Positions 15,605 to 41,995 of a stretch of DNA of 64,000 bases are shown here, piece by piece. The notes under the pieces were generated by a model. The model saw only the letters and a program-made list of their open reading frames with translations. It was not told the origin of the DNA and ran no database searches. Within the stretch, counting starts at the first letter, position 1. Each line of letters starts with the position of its first letter. Location: the NCBI RefSeq assembly GCF_009914755.1, contig NC_060930.1; one strand, 5' to 3'. This DNA is from the human T2T-CHM13v2.0 reference genome, Homo sapiens. A program made the translations under genes and the position numbers.

Positions 15605-15980
15605 ATGTTATGTCAGCCAGCTTTGGCTGTGTAGCAGCTGCATAATCTCAGTCTCATGCAATAACAGTTTCCTACTCATGCATCTGTGGATCAGCTTGGG
15701 TACAGCTGATTTTGCCCACCTGGGGTTTGCTCTAAAATATAGGTTCAGCCTTAGTCTGTTCCAAATATTTCTTACCTTCCTTGGACCAGTGGCTACCCAA
15801 GGCAGGGTCTTATCATGGCAAAAGTCAGGAATACAAGAGAATTTGTCCAACCTTTCAAGCATGTTTAAAGCCACTAACTGTATCATCCCACCAATATTCT
15901 GTTGGCTAAGGCAAGTCACATAACAAGGGTTCATAAGGTACCGAGAAGAGACAACAAACTGGGAATAACAATGCAATCTG
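15605..15980. mobile_element. Old MLT1-type LTR within degraded L1M ORF2 sequence
   Basis: tattctgttggctaaggcaagtcacat motif. Confidence 0.5.
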
Positions 15981-16559
15981 TGTTAAAAATAATAGAATGG
16001 CAAAAATTAGAAAAATGGTAGCCAAAAGAAAGCTTGTGTGGCTGTATTACTGTCGGATCAAATGGATTTTAAGACAAAAACACGATTAGAGTCAGAGAAG
16101 ATCTCTATTTATCTATCTATACACATCAATAAAGTATAAATATTCTAAACACCATGCACCTAATAGCCTCAAAATATATAAAGGGAGTAAACAAAGCTCC
16201 ACCAAATAGTGAGAAATTTCATTAAATTTCCCTCATTGTTTGAAGTGTTAATCCATTGATTCTAAGCAAGAACATAGAAGATCTCAACAACACAATTTAA
16301 AAACTTGACCTAACGAACATAGATGGAATTCTGCACCCAACAATTAGATAATGTAAACTGCATTATTCTCAAGCACACATAGAACACTTACAAATATTGA
16401 TCATGTATTTAGACAAAATATAAGCCTCAAAAATATCTTAAAATATATATAATATAGACCACATTTTCTGACATCAACTCAATTAAGTTAATAGATAATA
16501 AGAAAAAATAAGAAAAATATGAATTGCCCACTTATTTAAAACTTAAAAACATGCTCTTT

Positions 16560-17316
<757 letters not shown>

Positions 17317-17419
17317 ATGCTCTTTAAATGACTCATGAGGTAAAGAAATCCTAATGGAAATTTTAAAGTGAATGATAATGACAACATTACATATCAGAAC
17401 TTGTGAGATCCAACCAGAG

Positions 17420-17890
17420 CTAAGACCCAGCAATTCACTCCTACATAAGCACCAAAGAGGAACTCTTGCACGTGTGCACCAGGGATCAGATGAAGATCTT
17501 TATAGCAATATTATTTTAAAAATAGCAAAGACCTAGGAACAACCTACATGCCTGTTGTCAGCAGAATGTATAAAATAACTGGTGACCATCAAATGATGAA
17601 ATATTATATAGCATTCAAAATGAATGACCTTCAGCTTCACATCACAATATGAATGAATATTAACAATATTGAGTGTAAAAAATAAATAAATAAATTGATG
17701 ATATCTAGATAGACAGATGTATAAAATAAATTCCCAAAGATACATACAGAAAACATTTTTATAAACTTTGAAACACTAAAACTAAAAGCAATACTTCTAG
17801 ACTATATAGATATGAAATAGAACTATGTAAATAAAAAAGGAAGGAAATGATCAGCATGATTCAGGGTAGTGGTTACCTCAGGTGGAGACA
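17420..17890 (+). mobile_element. L1ME-like 3' fragment
   Basis: gacccagcaattcactccta...aactcttgcacgtgtgcacca. Confidence 0.6.
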
Positions 17891-18659
17891 AACAGGAAGA
17901 AACACTGCCCTTAGATCCAGGCAAGAGGACCTCTGGACTCTTCTCTACAGGCCCAAATCTGGTCATCTTCTAACTATGCCTCTCCCCTTAAGGCAAGGAG
18001 TCTGTAGCACAAAAGGGATGTTCACACTCAAAGCCTACAGCGCCCTCTTATAGATCATGCTCTGAATACCCGGAAGCCAGGACTTCCCTGTCCCTACAGT
18101 GAGGGCCTCTCTCAGTGACTCCGTGGACCTCTGGCCTAAGTCTATTCTTCCAAGTGCAGATCATGATGTCTTTGTGCTCTGAGGCCTATGGAGTGGCCAA
18201 GGGGTGCTATTTACCAGTATGTGGACTGATCTTTGGGCCGAGTATCCATGCGTGTGCTCAAAGGACAGGCTGCCTAAGACCATCTCTCCTCACACTACTG
18301 CCACGCTCCAATGTAGCTAGAAACCTAAGAATTCAAAATTCCAGCCTGGCCTTACATGTTGGTATGAATATATTTAGTGAGATGGAAGGATAGAATACAT
18401 TTTATTTAACAGTCTTAGCTAGATTGATAACTTTTAAATATTTAAATATATAGTACATGGGCCTTTTTCTCCAGGCTCCATAAATGTTTAAAAGCCTAGC
18501 AGAGGGATAGAACTGGGGAGCACCAAATGGGCAGATATAACTTGCTTTCAAAGTTCTAGTACCTATGAATTTAGCAAAATGGCATCTTGACTGGATCAGA
18601 CACATATGGATTTTTCATGGTAATGATTGGTTTGAGTGTATGTGTTGGGAGCAACAGCA

Positions 18660-19120
18660 AAAGATAAGCTAGAGAGGGAAGCAAGGCCCAGATCATACAA
18701 GGTCTTGTAAGTTATACTGTAGAGCTTGGACTATCCTTAGAGTAACAAGGAGATACTGGATGATTAAGAGTGAGGCTGACATAATCAGGCTTGCATTTTA
18801 GAAAGATTAATGTAGCTCCAAAGTGAATGTTGGTTAAGGGACAGGACTGGAAGAAGGAGAACAAGTAATGAGTCTATTTCAGTAATCCTTGGGTAGGAGA
18901 TGCAGATGATTTGGAGTAGAATGAAGGTAATAAGAGTAAGGTCCACAGGATCAACTTACAGAGAAATAGAAATTAAGGCTGATTCCTAGGTTTTCGGCTG
19001 GTGAAGTTGGGTGAGTGTTGTCTTTCAACGGGATATAGAATTGAAGTGGAAGTTTGTGAAATGTATAGGGAAAGATATTGGATTTAATTTGGATATACTG
19101 TGCTTAAGGGCCTGTAGGCA
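18660..19120 (-). mobile_element. L2 fragment
   Basis: gacataatcaggcttgcattttagaaagat...aaggctgattcctaggtttt. Confidence 0.55.
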
Positions 19121-19413
19121 GCTAGTAAGCTTTTGGCACAAACTAGGCACATAGTAATTGTGCAATGTAAGTAAAAATGAAAAAATGAAGTAAAACTTGT
19201 TAATTTTTTTTTATTATTTTTTCCCTGAGGTTGGAAAAGATGAGGAGAGCTTCCTTGACGGTCTAAGGGACATTGAATCAATTGCTGCTCTTGTCAATTA
19301 GCATACTCTATGTAGATGTGTCAAGATATGAAGCAATGCTATTATTAGAGAAATTTTATTTTGTTCTAGACTTGCTCATTGTATTCAACAGGTTATAACT
19401 CCAAAATTAGAGA

Positions 19414-25971
<6,558 letters not shown>

Positions 25972-26039
25972 AGTTCCTACAATCTTATGAATCTTTGAGG
26001 TGTGGTTTGCAAGGGTGTCACACTGGACAATAGGACTGA

Positions 26040-26200
26040 AGAATTGCCAGATCTAGAAGTGGCTTACATCACCTCTGCCATACTCCATCTACCCAACAGA
26101 GTCACCTGGTCTCAATCCAATGCAAAGGGGCTGATTCATCCAGACCTTATGTGTGCCCAGGAATAGGAACTAGGGCTGGTGACCATTTAACCAGTATCTA
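26040..26200. mobile_element. Old MLT1-type LTR fragment
   Basis: catcacctctgccatactccat...gtcacctgg...tgcaaaggg...tgtgtgcccagga. Confidence 0.45.
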
Positions 26201-26759
26201 GAACACTTGAAAATCAAGAAAGCCAGTTTTCAGGTAAGTGCTCAAATAACAAATGTGCAATTCAAATGTCAAAATGCCTGCTTCCATGCAGATTTGTTCT
26301 AAGAATGACATACTGCATAATTGCAAAATAAGATCACACCACTATCTTCAACTCATTTAAAGTGCTTTGTTATTTGCTTGTCACAAGTTTGCTTAATTCT
26401 TTTAGAAGAATTTGAACTATTTTGCTGAAGATAATACTTTGTGGTCTTTTCTTCTGCAGTCAGCACCATGAGAGTTAGCCACCATGACTACAGAGGAGAA
26501 CTTGGCAAAATGAAATGGAGATCCCTAAGAGATGTTTAACTCAGATGTTTCAAGTTATAAAATGCCTAATGGCATTATTGAAAACATAAACTCTTTTTAG
26601 ATATATTTTAATTAACATCTGGCATAACACAAAATAATCCCTTATAGTCATGATATCTTACATATTTTATCTTATTTGATTATCATGACTACATATTATA
26701 TGTATAATATTTTATACCTAATATATTCTCTTTGTCATAATAGCACCTAGATTTTCTAT

Positions 26760-27260
26760 GGGGAGCTACTATTCCTCACCTACTCTCAAATTCCCACTGT
26801 TTGGCTGGGGCTGGCTCTCCACCCAAATTACGGGATAGGCATATGAACTAGACCTGACCAATCAACTCTCACATCTGCCTGATTACAAAGAGTGATTCAG
26901 AGATAAACACAACATCCAAGTCATGCTAATTGGGGTCATTGCCAATCAATTATTGGACTACCATTGTAACAGTTGAGAAACAGACCTCTTTCTGAAGCCA
27001 GTTGGATATAAGCCTGGAGTTATTGGAGGCCGTCTTGCCCCATGAGGAGAGCCTACCAGAGACTTGGGTCTAACAGAGAAAACAGGGCCAAGGCATAGAG
27101 AGTGACTCAGTTCTAATGACATTGTTTGAGCCAGGATCCAACCACAGTGATGCCAAGGTACTCCTGGACTTTCATCTACAGGAGTCAACGCATTCTTTTT
27201 CTTTCCTTTTGCCATTTCGATTTGGGTATCTTTCATTAGCAGCTGAAAGAGTCCTAAGCT
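26760..27260. mobile_element. Old LTR (LTR33/MLT1-like); contains the donor of the 90-bp duplication
   Basis: Degenerate LTR text (tgacattgtttgagcc...ggatcca; tttgggtatctttcatt...ctgaaagagtcctaa). Confidence 0.45.
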
Positions 27261-28540
27261 TTTGGTTGGTTGGGTTGTTTCTATTTTCTGTAGTTTATAG
27301 GAAAATAAACTGGGTTTAGATAGTTTAAGTAACTTACTATATATGTAGTTTACTTCAAATGTAGTTGGGCAAAACAGAAAGGAAAATTGACTTAAACTGC
27401 AGTGCTTTAATTATATTTTACTTAGTTAAGATTATTTTTCAGTTTCAAAGCAATGCTCCTTTTTTCTCAAGACTTATGAAAAGTTTTGTCAGGATAGAAT
27501 AATTACCACATTGTGTCTGGATTGTTCAGCTTTTCCAATATTTATTGGCAGTAGTTGTGTAGCATTTTAGTATAATAAATATGAATGGCTGAGTCATTCT
27601 CAAGAAATAAATAGCAAAATTTAAGTACTTTATGAGCCATATGATAGATAATTCAGCTTCTGTTCTGTACTTGAAATGAAATTTTTTTCTATAGTCAAGC
27701 CCCAGATCTGATTTAAAAGCAGTAGAGAGATTTTGAAATACTCAAATGTGTGCTACTTATGAAATCCAGTGGTTTTATAAAAAAGCATGTATGTACTGTA
27801 TACTTCAAAATAACTAAATAACAGTATTCTTAATGGGAAAAAAATCCCATTTTTTCCTGGAACTGTGAATGGAAAACTCAACTGCATACCATTCCAATTC
27901 CAAGATCTGTAATCTTAGACGATTGAAGAGTTCCCCTTTCCAAGCAATGTTTCTCTGTGTGGTTTCTAAACCTCCTGACTTTCTGCAAAAATGTAGCATA
28001 CCCTGGGAAGCATAAGAGGAATAACAATGTAAGAATATCATAGCTCTTCTTAAAAATTCACGTCTGACATACAGTTTTTCCATTTTTATCTATCCTCTTT
28101 AGTCATAATCTCTACTTCATTTGACTTTTGTCTTTAGAATAAAACAGAGAGCTGTAAGGGAGTGAGAAGGATTTCCTCCTTTAAATCAAATGTGAAGATA
28201 AAGTTGCTTAGACTCAGACTTAGGTACCACAAAGACATGTAAACAGCCAAGTCGTTAGGAATCTGATGTTCTACTTTATTCTTTTAAAAGTAAGTGGTTG
28301 TCATTTTAATGAAACTCTGTATCATTCTTAATAAGATTATCTACTATTAATAGTTGGTACAACAGTAATTGCCTGCCTCCTCTTGATGCACCGTTGACAA
28401 TAGCTCATATGAATAAATAGCCCAACCAGAGTAACAGACTGGGTGTAGAAGGAAGCCGTTCTCACCTTTATGCAGTGATAAGAGTGATCCTGAAGCACAG
28501 CAGAGGGGCTTTCTGATGTTGCTGCCCAGATGTTTGGCCC

Positions 28541-28665
28541 AGATGTTAACACTGTAGTGAGGATTAGGAAACATAATCATTTATCTCTGAGCCTCAGTTT
28601 CTTCAGCTGTAAATGGAAATACTAATGCTTCCCTCATGAGGATGTGTGAAGATTGAAAGGTTAAA
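28541..28665 (+). mobile_element. MIR
   Basis: Core motif tcatttatctctgagcctcagtttcttcagctgtaaatgga. Confidence 0.7.
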
Positions 28666-28894
28666 TGTTCTTTTATTGTTTACTTATTCTTTTTAAAAAA
28701 AGCACTGTAAATTCTTGTGGATGTAAGATATTATAGACAATTGAGCATCAATTTTAGCCCTCCCCTTCATGCAAATTATGAAAAGTATAGTCAAAATCCA
28801 AGAATTACACAACTACAGTTACAAAAAAACCTGTAACAAATTAAAATCTAGTTGCCATAAAGTAAAAGTAATTGTACAATTAAATTGTATTACT

Positions 28895-29118
28895 GACTAC
28901 AGTTATATATATGTCTACAGACACATACACACACACACAGAGTTTTAGGTTTAGACCTGACCAATCAAATCTCATGTCTGCCTGATTACAAAGAGTGATT
29001 CAGTGATAAACACAACATCCAAGTCATGCTAATTGGGGTCAATTAGACTACAATTATATATATGTTATTATATATGTCTGCAGACACATACACACACACT
29101 CACACACACAGAGTTTTA
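28895..29118 (+). repeat. Direct repeat (28895-28947 / 29046-29118) enclosing a 90-bp copy (28952-29041) of 26849-26938
   Basis: Hand alignment 86/90 identical; both flanks run gactaca...gtct(a/g)cagacacata(ca)n gagtttta. Confidence 0.92.
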
Positions 29119-30957
29119 ATTTAAGTTTGGCCAAATGGAGAAATTGGGTCTGAAAAAAAGTCCTCTTTAGTAGCTGAAGACATTGGACGTGATTTCCATG
29201 GCAGTAGCATGATAATTCATCTCTCTACTACCATGGTTTCTTAATTAAGTTGAGACATTATAATTAGACCCTTTCTCATTTTTTTCATTTTCACTTCCTC
29301 CCAGCATCTTTGGGTGGGATTAATCCCTCCCCTGCCCCACCCTCAGTGCACTCCAGCCCAGCCCTGGCAGCTGCCAGCCAAATTGCCGCTAGCTAGGAAA
29401 AGCCTTTCATCAGCCATCTACAAGGAGAATCAAGTGGCAATAGGATGGAAATAAAATTTGTCTTTGCTATCCACCATTTCACCTCAGTTTCTTGGCTCTC
29501 ACTGTCTTCTTTCTCCTAACCCTTTCCTTATGCTGATGGAGATCCCACTCCCACCCCACAGCTCCACTCCCTAGGAATCTGATGTCTTCCAGCTCAGCTG
29601 ACTACTTTTGTCTGCCTTCTCTAAAGGGTCTCCAGTTTCCGAATGATTACCATTTTTCTCCCCCAGCTTCTCTTTCAATCAAACTCACATTCGTTTAAGC
29701 TTGCTGGTCTCAGCACAGTATAAACAGGCAAACCAACTAAGCAATCCTAACGTGTAAATAACCGCTTTTTTTTTTCTTTCTGGGATTTTGCATTTTAAGC
29801 ATGTAAGTCAATATTCATCTACAATTAGTGAAATCCCATGGAATGTAAAAGGAGTCCTAGGCTACTGAGTGGTAATACCTATGGGCAACAGACTTTTCTT
29901 TGTTTCAACTCATAAGTTTTCTCCCCTTTGGTTAGGGCCACTCTCTAGAGGTTCTACAATTATTTCTTGAGAAGAATCATTGCTTAGGAATTAGCAATCA
30001 CTTCTGGCTGCCATCTTGGATTTGACACCAAGGATGCAGCTTTGTTTATGGAGCATGCAAATGGCTTGCAGAGTCCTGCTGATTGGCATGAACTCATGAG
30101 GAAATAAAGTTTGTCATTCATGTGTGCATGCACACACCCTTTATGAGGCACTACTTCTTCCTCATTCACAGACAAACACAATTTAAACTGCATTAGGCAC
30201 TTGTCATCTTTCTAGTTTTGGAACATAGAAAGAATACAGGTGTTACTGGGACCTGATTAAATCCTGAAGTGTCCATTAACAAGTGCAGATGCTAAAAATA
30301 TCTACAGATCAAGTTCCTTGGTCTTTGATTAATTGTTGCTCTTTAGAGGACTCAGAGTCTTGAGAAGAATGAGTATTGTGTTTAAATTTTATTATTTTTG
30401 CTGAATATGTGAAGTTGCAGTGATTCTTTCCAGGGCAATATTCACAAATTATTGTGATGTCTTCTTTTTAATTGTTTTATATAAGCTTACATACAATTTG
30501 TTGGTAGAAATAAATTGCATTTATGGCTTATTTGCTATTTTTCATTTGTATCCTTTAAGCCCCAAGAACCAGGAAGATCAGAATGTTCTAGGAGCACAGA
30601 ATCACATATTCCCTTAATCTGAGCACATACCCATGAATGGAATGAAAAATGTACATTGTATTCTAAGAAGCAAAAATAAAGATAGGGCTACCAACCTGCT
30701 CAGGTGGAAAAAAATTACCTGTGTGACAGATCTTGAAAAAATTGTCTCAACTTTCTTCACATGTAGAATCTATTTTCTACCTCCACCATACTTACTAAAA
30801 TAATTCACAGACTGATTACCAATTAATTCCCAATTTTCATATTTTAAGGCATCATTTTAGTCCTTATATTATGCTGTTGATGCATTCTTTCATTGGCCCT
30901 TAAAGATTGGGGTTCCCAGGATTCCATGCCTCTTTTTTATTCTCACTCTTTTTCAAA

Positions 30958-31288
30958 GTTTTGTTTGTTTGTTTGTTTGTTTTTTGAGGTATAGTCCCCC
31001 TCTGTTGCCCAGGCTGGAGTGCAGTGGCAAAATCTCGGCTCACCGCAACCTCCACCTCTCTGGTATAAGCAATTCTCCTGCCTCAGCCTCCCGAGTAGCA
31101 CCCGCCACTACGCCCAGCTGGTTTAGTTTTGGCACCTGCCACTACGCCCAGCTAATTTTTGTATTTTTAGTAGAGACGAGATTTCACTATGTTGGCCAGG
31201 CTGGTCTCAAACTCCTGGCCTCAAATGATCCCCCCATCTTGGCCTCCCAAAGTGCTGGGATTACAGGAGTGAGCTACCACACCAGGCT
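30958..31288 (-). mobile_element. Alu (J/S-like) with internal 22-bp duplication
   Basis: Reverse Alu with (TTTG)n tail; short TSD caaagtt. Confidence 0.92.
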
Positions 31289-31717
31289 ACAAAGTTCTTA
31301 ACATGGAGGCCCACAAAAACTGGATAGAGCCCATAAACGAATTCAATTTTGGTTAGACAATATTTCAGACAAATTTAAAACCAGAGATGTTCATTTATTC
31401 ATTTAGATTTCCCACGTTCTTTTAAACATGGGAAAAGACGTTCAAAAATGGAAAGATCTGACAACACTACACCAATACTTATGCATAGGAATCATTAATT
31501 GGAACTAAATAGAGATTGTTCTTTGGAGATTGGACATCCCTCTCCATTTACTCTAGTCCTCACCACCGCCTGTCACATTAAATCCCTGGCCCATTCACTT
31601 TATCATTCCCACAATGAGCATTTGTAATACTCCTTGCATATTCACCCCGTGTAATTTCATCCTTGCTGTGATTTGATCTACCTCACCGTAAAATTCTAAT
31701 CCAGAGCACGTTCTTAA

Positions 31718-32077
<360 letters not shown>

Positions 32078-32132
32078 TAGCTACTAACTTTGTGTTTCCA
32101 GTATTCTCTACAGAGTTAGTAGTGTCACCATC

Positions 32133-32480
32133 TGTGATGATCAGTTTCATGTGTCAATTTGGATAGTCTGTAATACCCAGTTATTCACATAAACACTAAT
32201 CAAAGTTTTGCTGTGAAAGTATTTTATAGATGTGGTTAACATCTACAATCAGTTGACTTTAAGTAATTATCTTTGATAATCTAAATGGGCTTCATCCAAT
32301 CAGTTGCAAAGCCATAAGAGCAAAACAGTCTTCCTTGAAGAAGAAGAAATTCAGTTTCAAGACAGCAGCATCAGCTCCTTCCTGAGAGTTCCAGCCTGCG
32401 GGCCTATCCTGCATTCTTCCAACTTGCCAGGACCCACAGTCCTACAAGTTCTGTTTCTGTGGAAAACCCTGACTGATATC
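32133..32480. mobile_element. MLT2 (D-like) LTR
   Basis: tgtgatg...catgtgtcaatttgg...gttttgctgtgaaagtattttatagatgtg...aaccctgactgata. Confidence 0.75.
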
Positions 32481-32499
32481 TCATTAATGTAGACCTCCA

Positions 32500-33065
32500 T
32501 GCTAAAAATCTAAGAGACTACCTAAACACTTCCTCCTGCCGCTGGCTTTTATACAGTTGTAGACCTTTCAAATTATTCTTCAAAATAAATATCAGATCTA
32601 ATCTTGTAATTCTAGCATTCAAGTCTGATGTCTATTACCTAGAGATCAAAGTCCAGACTCTTAAGTAGGGCAAACATGGTTGCTCATTTCTGGTCTCTGC
32701 TTACTAGTCCATTTACTGCTGTACTACTCACTTCCCTTGCACTTATCACCCAGAGGGAGATGCTTCCATATTTTTGAAGGCACCACCATATTTTATTCCT
32801 CTATGATTATGCTGCTCCTACAACCTCAAATATTTTTCCTTACAGAGCACCTGGCAAAAATATACTCAATGTTCAAGACTTAGTTGAAATGTCTTTTCCT
32901 CTAGGAAACTTCCAGATCTTTTTCTTTCCCAGTAGAACTGATCAAGTCTTCCTTTGTACTCCAGCCCCCTATTGTATACTTCACTCAAGCACAGTCATAA
33001 AATAGAAATTTGTTTCATTTGTTCATCCATATACCTGTCTTTCTCTGTTAAACTGTGAAGCCTAA
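32500..33065 (+). mobile_element. L2 fragment
   Basis: ttcaagacttagttgaaatgtcttttcctctaggaaacttcc...taaactgtgaag. Confidence 0.5.
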
Positions 33066-33089
33066 TTCATTTCCTAATTTAGTAGACCC

Positions 33090-33490
33090 TTGTGGCAATA
33101 ATTGTTAATTACCTCTCAATATCTATTCTCCCCTTCTTGCAAATTAATAGAATTTCTAGCTAAGCACACAGCCAACTGGAGCAAAACCTACACTTTCAAC
33201 CTCCCTTACAACTTGGTATGGCCATGTCACTAAGTTCCAACCAATGGAATTTAAGTGAAAGTGTCCTGTACCAGCATCCAATGACCTTCCATCAGAGGCA
33301 ATTGTCACAGGCTCTTTGCCTCTTCTTTTTTCCTTCTTCTAGCCTGCTGTTCAGAACATGAAGGTACGACTGAAATTCCATCTTTGTTCTTGAGCACAAG
33401 TTTGCTCTTAGCATGGTCAAATGGAAAGCCACAGGGAACCTCGGTCCCAGGGGACTTGGGAGAGCAAAAACCTATACCGGCTCTAGACTT
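33090..33490. mobile_element. Old MLT1-type LTR
   Basis: tatctattctccccttc...tggtatggccatgtcactaagttc. Confidence 0.5.
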
Positions 33491-34950
33491 GTTATGGGTC
33501 CAAGTCAGAGGGGAGCTGACAGTCTCAGGAGTGAGCTGGCTATGTTTGGGTTTTTAAGCTTGGATCCTATGTTTGCATATGGTCTTCTCTTGTTTGTACC
33601 GGTTATCTTCTGTGGTTCAACCTGGAGACTTTGACTTAGTTCCACCTCCAGTCCCTCAAGAACCCAATCCTTGACATGGTCTTCTCCACTTGGCCAGAAT
33701 CTGACTGACTAGGCCAATTCCATCTCCTACAAGAGAGGGTGAGTTAGTGAAGCAAACAAAGAAGAGGAATGGCTAGGTTAGAGCCAAGATGGAGGCTAGA
33801 TAGGAGGCTGTGAGCTGAGTGGAGAAAATGGCAACACATAGCGAAGAATTTGAGCCCATAGTTGGTGCACAAGGACAGTAAAACTAAGCAATGGGAGAGA
33901 AATATGTCAAATTATTGCTGGGGTGATTTGATTTACTCTTTCAAAAATCATTTTCATGACAGATAAATGGACACATTACGACCTTTCCCAACATGAGTGT
34001 AAGTAAATGCAAACTCTTATAGGAGTATAAATTGCTAAAAATTGGGGGAGGCCAACTTGACACTTCTCATAAATATTTTAACTGTGTATTCACTAGGAAC
34101 CAAAGATGTTCTAAAAGGTGAAGAAGAAGCTCAGCAGAAACACTGAAAACATGTGTCTTCATTATTTAATACTGTTAACAAGGTTCTAGTTATGCATTAT
34201 GACAGACTGACTCACACTCACGTGTCTACTCTATTCCCAACATAACAAGAATTAAGAAGCATTTATTATATACTTAACAAGAAATATGTAAAATCAATAT
34301 AGAAAACAGTAAATTTTCTCTGATATTTACTTGAGGGCTAAAACTGTCTTTCTTAGATGATGCTATCTATTATTCTCATATACAGAAAACCAAGAGAAAT
34401 AGTTGATTTATTAACATCAGAGTTCAGTAAGATGGCTAGAAATAAAGGAAATACATAGGATTAATATGTAGGTAGAATTAATACACCAGTAACAGTAATT
34501 TGAAAACATAATGGAGGAAAAAGGCAAAAATTCAAACTGGCAGAAAACTGATGAATTGATCAATAAATAGTTTTGGGAAATTTGATAACCAAAATAGAAA
34601 AAAAATTAACAGTCTTTCCTTACACAGCACACATATGCACACACACAAACAATCCAGATGGTTTGAATATGCAAATAAGAATACAAAGAATAAAGTAGGA
34701 TAGCACTGAAACAAAACTTGGGGGATGATTTCTAGGGGTAAAAAAGGTATACTGTGACCCTCCGTAAAAGTCCAAAACCAGAAAGGAAAATATTGACAAT
34801 TGATTACATAAAATTAGAAACTTAGAGACCATAGAAAACTTGGCCAGCAAATAACAAACTAGGAGAAAATATTTGTGATGCCTTTGAGGAGTTGAATATC
34901 TTTGTTATAAAGGGCACCTACATAATAAGAAAAAGTGAAATACTCATTAG

Positions 34951-40289
<5,339 letters not shown>

Positions 40290-41030
40290 AGAAATGCAAA
40301 TCAAAACCACAATGAGATACCATCTCTCGCCAGTTAGAATGGCGATCATTAAAAAGTCAGGAAACAACAGGTGCTGGAGAGGATGTGGAGAAGTAGGAAA
40401 ACTTTTACACTGTTGGTGGGAGTGTAAATTAGTTCAACTGTTGTGGAAGACAGTGTGGCGATTCCTCAAGGATCTAGAACCAGAAATACCATTTGGCCCA
40501 GCAATTCTATTACTGGGTATATACCCATAGGATTTTAAATCATTCTACTATAAAGACACATGCACACATATGGTTATTGCAACACTATTCACAATAGCAA
40601 AGACTTGGAACCAACCCAAATGCCCATCAATGATAGACTGGATAAAGAAAATGTGGCACATATACACCATAGAATACTGTGCAGCTATGAAAAAGAATGA
40701 GTTCATGTCCTTTGCAGGGACATGGATGAAGCTGAAAACCATCATTCTCAGCAAACACACACAGGAACAGAAAACCAAACACCACATGTTCTCATTCATA
40801 AGTGGCAGCTGAACAATGAGAACACATGGACACAGGGAGGGGAACATCACACACGAGGGCCTGTTGGGGTGTGTAGGGAGAGTATTAGGACAAATACCTA
40901 ATGCATGCAGGGCTTAAAACGTAGATGATGGGTTGACGGGTACAGCAAACCACCATGGCATATGTATACCTATGTTACAAACCTGCACGTTCTGCATATA
41001 AATCCCAGAACTTAACGTATAATAAATAAA
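40290..41030 (+). mobile_element. Host L1PA 3' end (right part) with 3'UTR and short A-tail
   Basis: [11 protein letters not shown]...CWWEC; ends cttaacgtataataaataaa. Confidence 0.92.
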
Positions 41031-41995
41031 ATTTATTTTATTTTAATTATTTATTTATTATACTTTAAGTTCCAGGGTACATGTGCACAATGTGCAGGTT
41101 TGTTACATATGTATACATGTGCCATGTTGGTGTGCTGCACCCATTAACTCATCATTTACATTAGGTATATCTCCTAATGCTATCCATCCTCCCTCCCCCC
41201 ACACCACTACAGGCCCCAGTGTGTGATGTTCCCCACCCTATGTCCAAGTGTTCTCATTGTTCAACTCCCACCTACGAGTGAGAACATGCAGTGTTTGGTT
41301 TTCTGTCCTTGTGATAGTTTGCTCAGAATGATGGTTTCCAGCTTCATCCACATCCCTACAAAAGACATGAACTCATCCTTTTTTATGGCTGCATAGTATT
41401 CCATGGTGTATATGTGCCACATTTTCTTAATCCAGTCTATCATTGATGGACATTCGGGTTGGTTCCAAGTCTTTGCTATTGTGAATAGTGCTGCAATAAA
41501 CATACGTGTGCATGTGTCTTTATAGCAGCATGATTTATAATCCTTTAGGTATATACACAGTAATGGGATGGCTGGGTCAAATGGTATTTCTAGTTCTAGA
41601 TCCTTGAGGAAACACCACACTGTCTTCCACAATAGTTGAACTAATTTACACTCCCACCAACAGTGTAAAAGCGTTCCTATTTCTCCACATCCTCTCCAGC
41701 ATCTGTTGTTTCCTGACTTTTTAATGATCAGCATTCTAAGTGGTGAGAAATGGTATCTCATTGTGGTTTTGATTTGCATGTCTCTAATGACCAGGGATGA
41801 TGAGCTTTTTTTCACATGTTTGTTGGCTGCATAAATGTTTTCTTTTGAAAAGTGTCTGTTCATATCCTTCGCCCACTTTTTGATGTGGTTTTTTTTTTCT
41901 CATAAATTTGTTTAAGTTCTTTGTAGCTTCTGCATATTAGCCCTTTGTCAAATGGATAGATTGCAAAAATTTTCTCCCATTCTGTAGGTTGCCTG
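41031..41995 (-). mobile_element. L1PA 3' ~1 kb, tail-to-tail with the preceding L1
   Basis: ORF 41261..41863 is the ORF2 C-terminus; 3'UTR tatactttaagttccagggtacatgtgc. Confidence 0.93.

Noticed and set aside
41261-41863. 200-aa ORF on the minus strand
   Set aside because: Ordinary L1 ORF2 C-terminal fragment of a truncated insertion.
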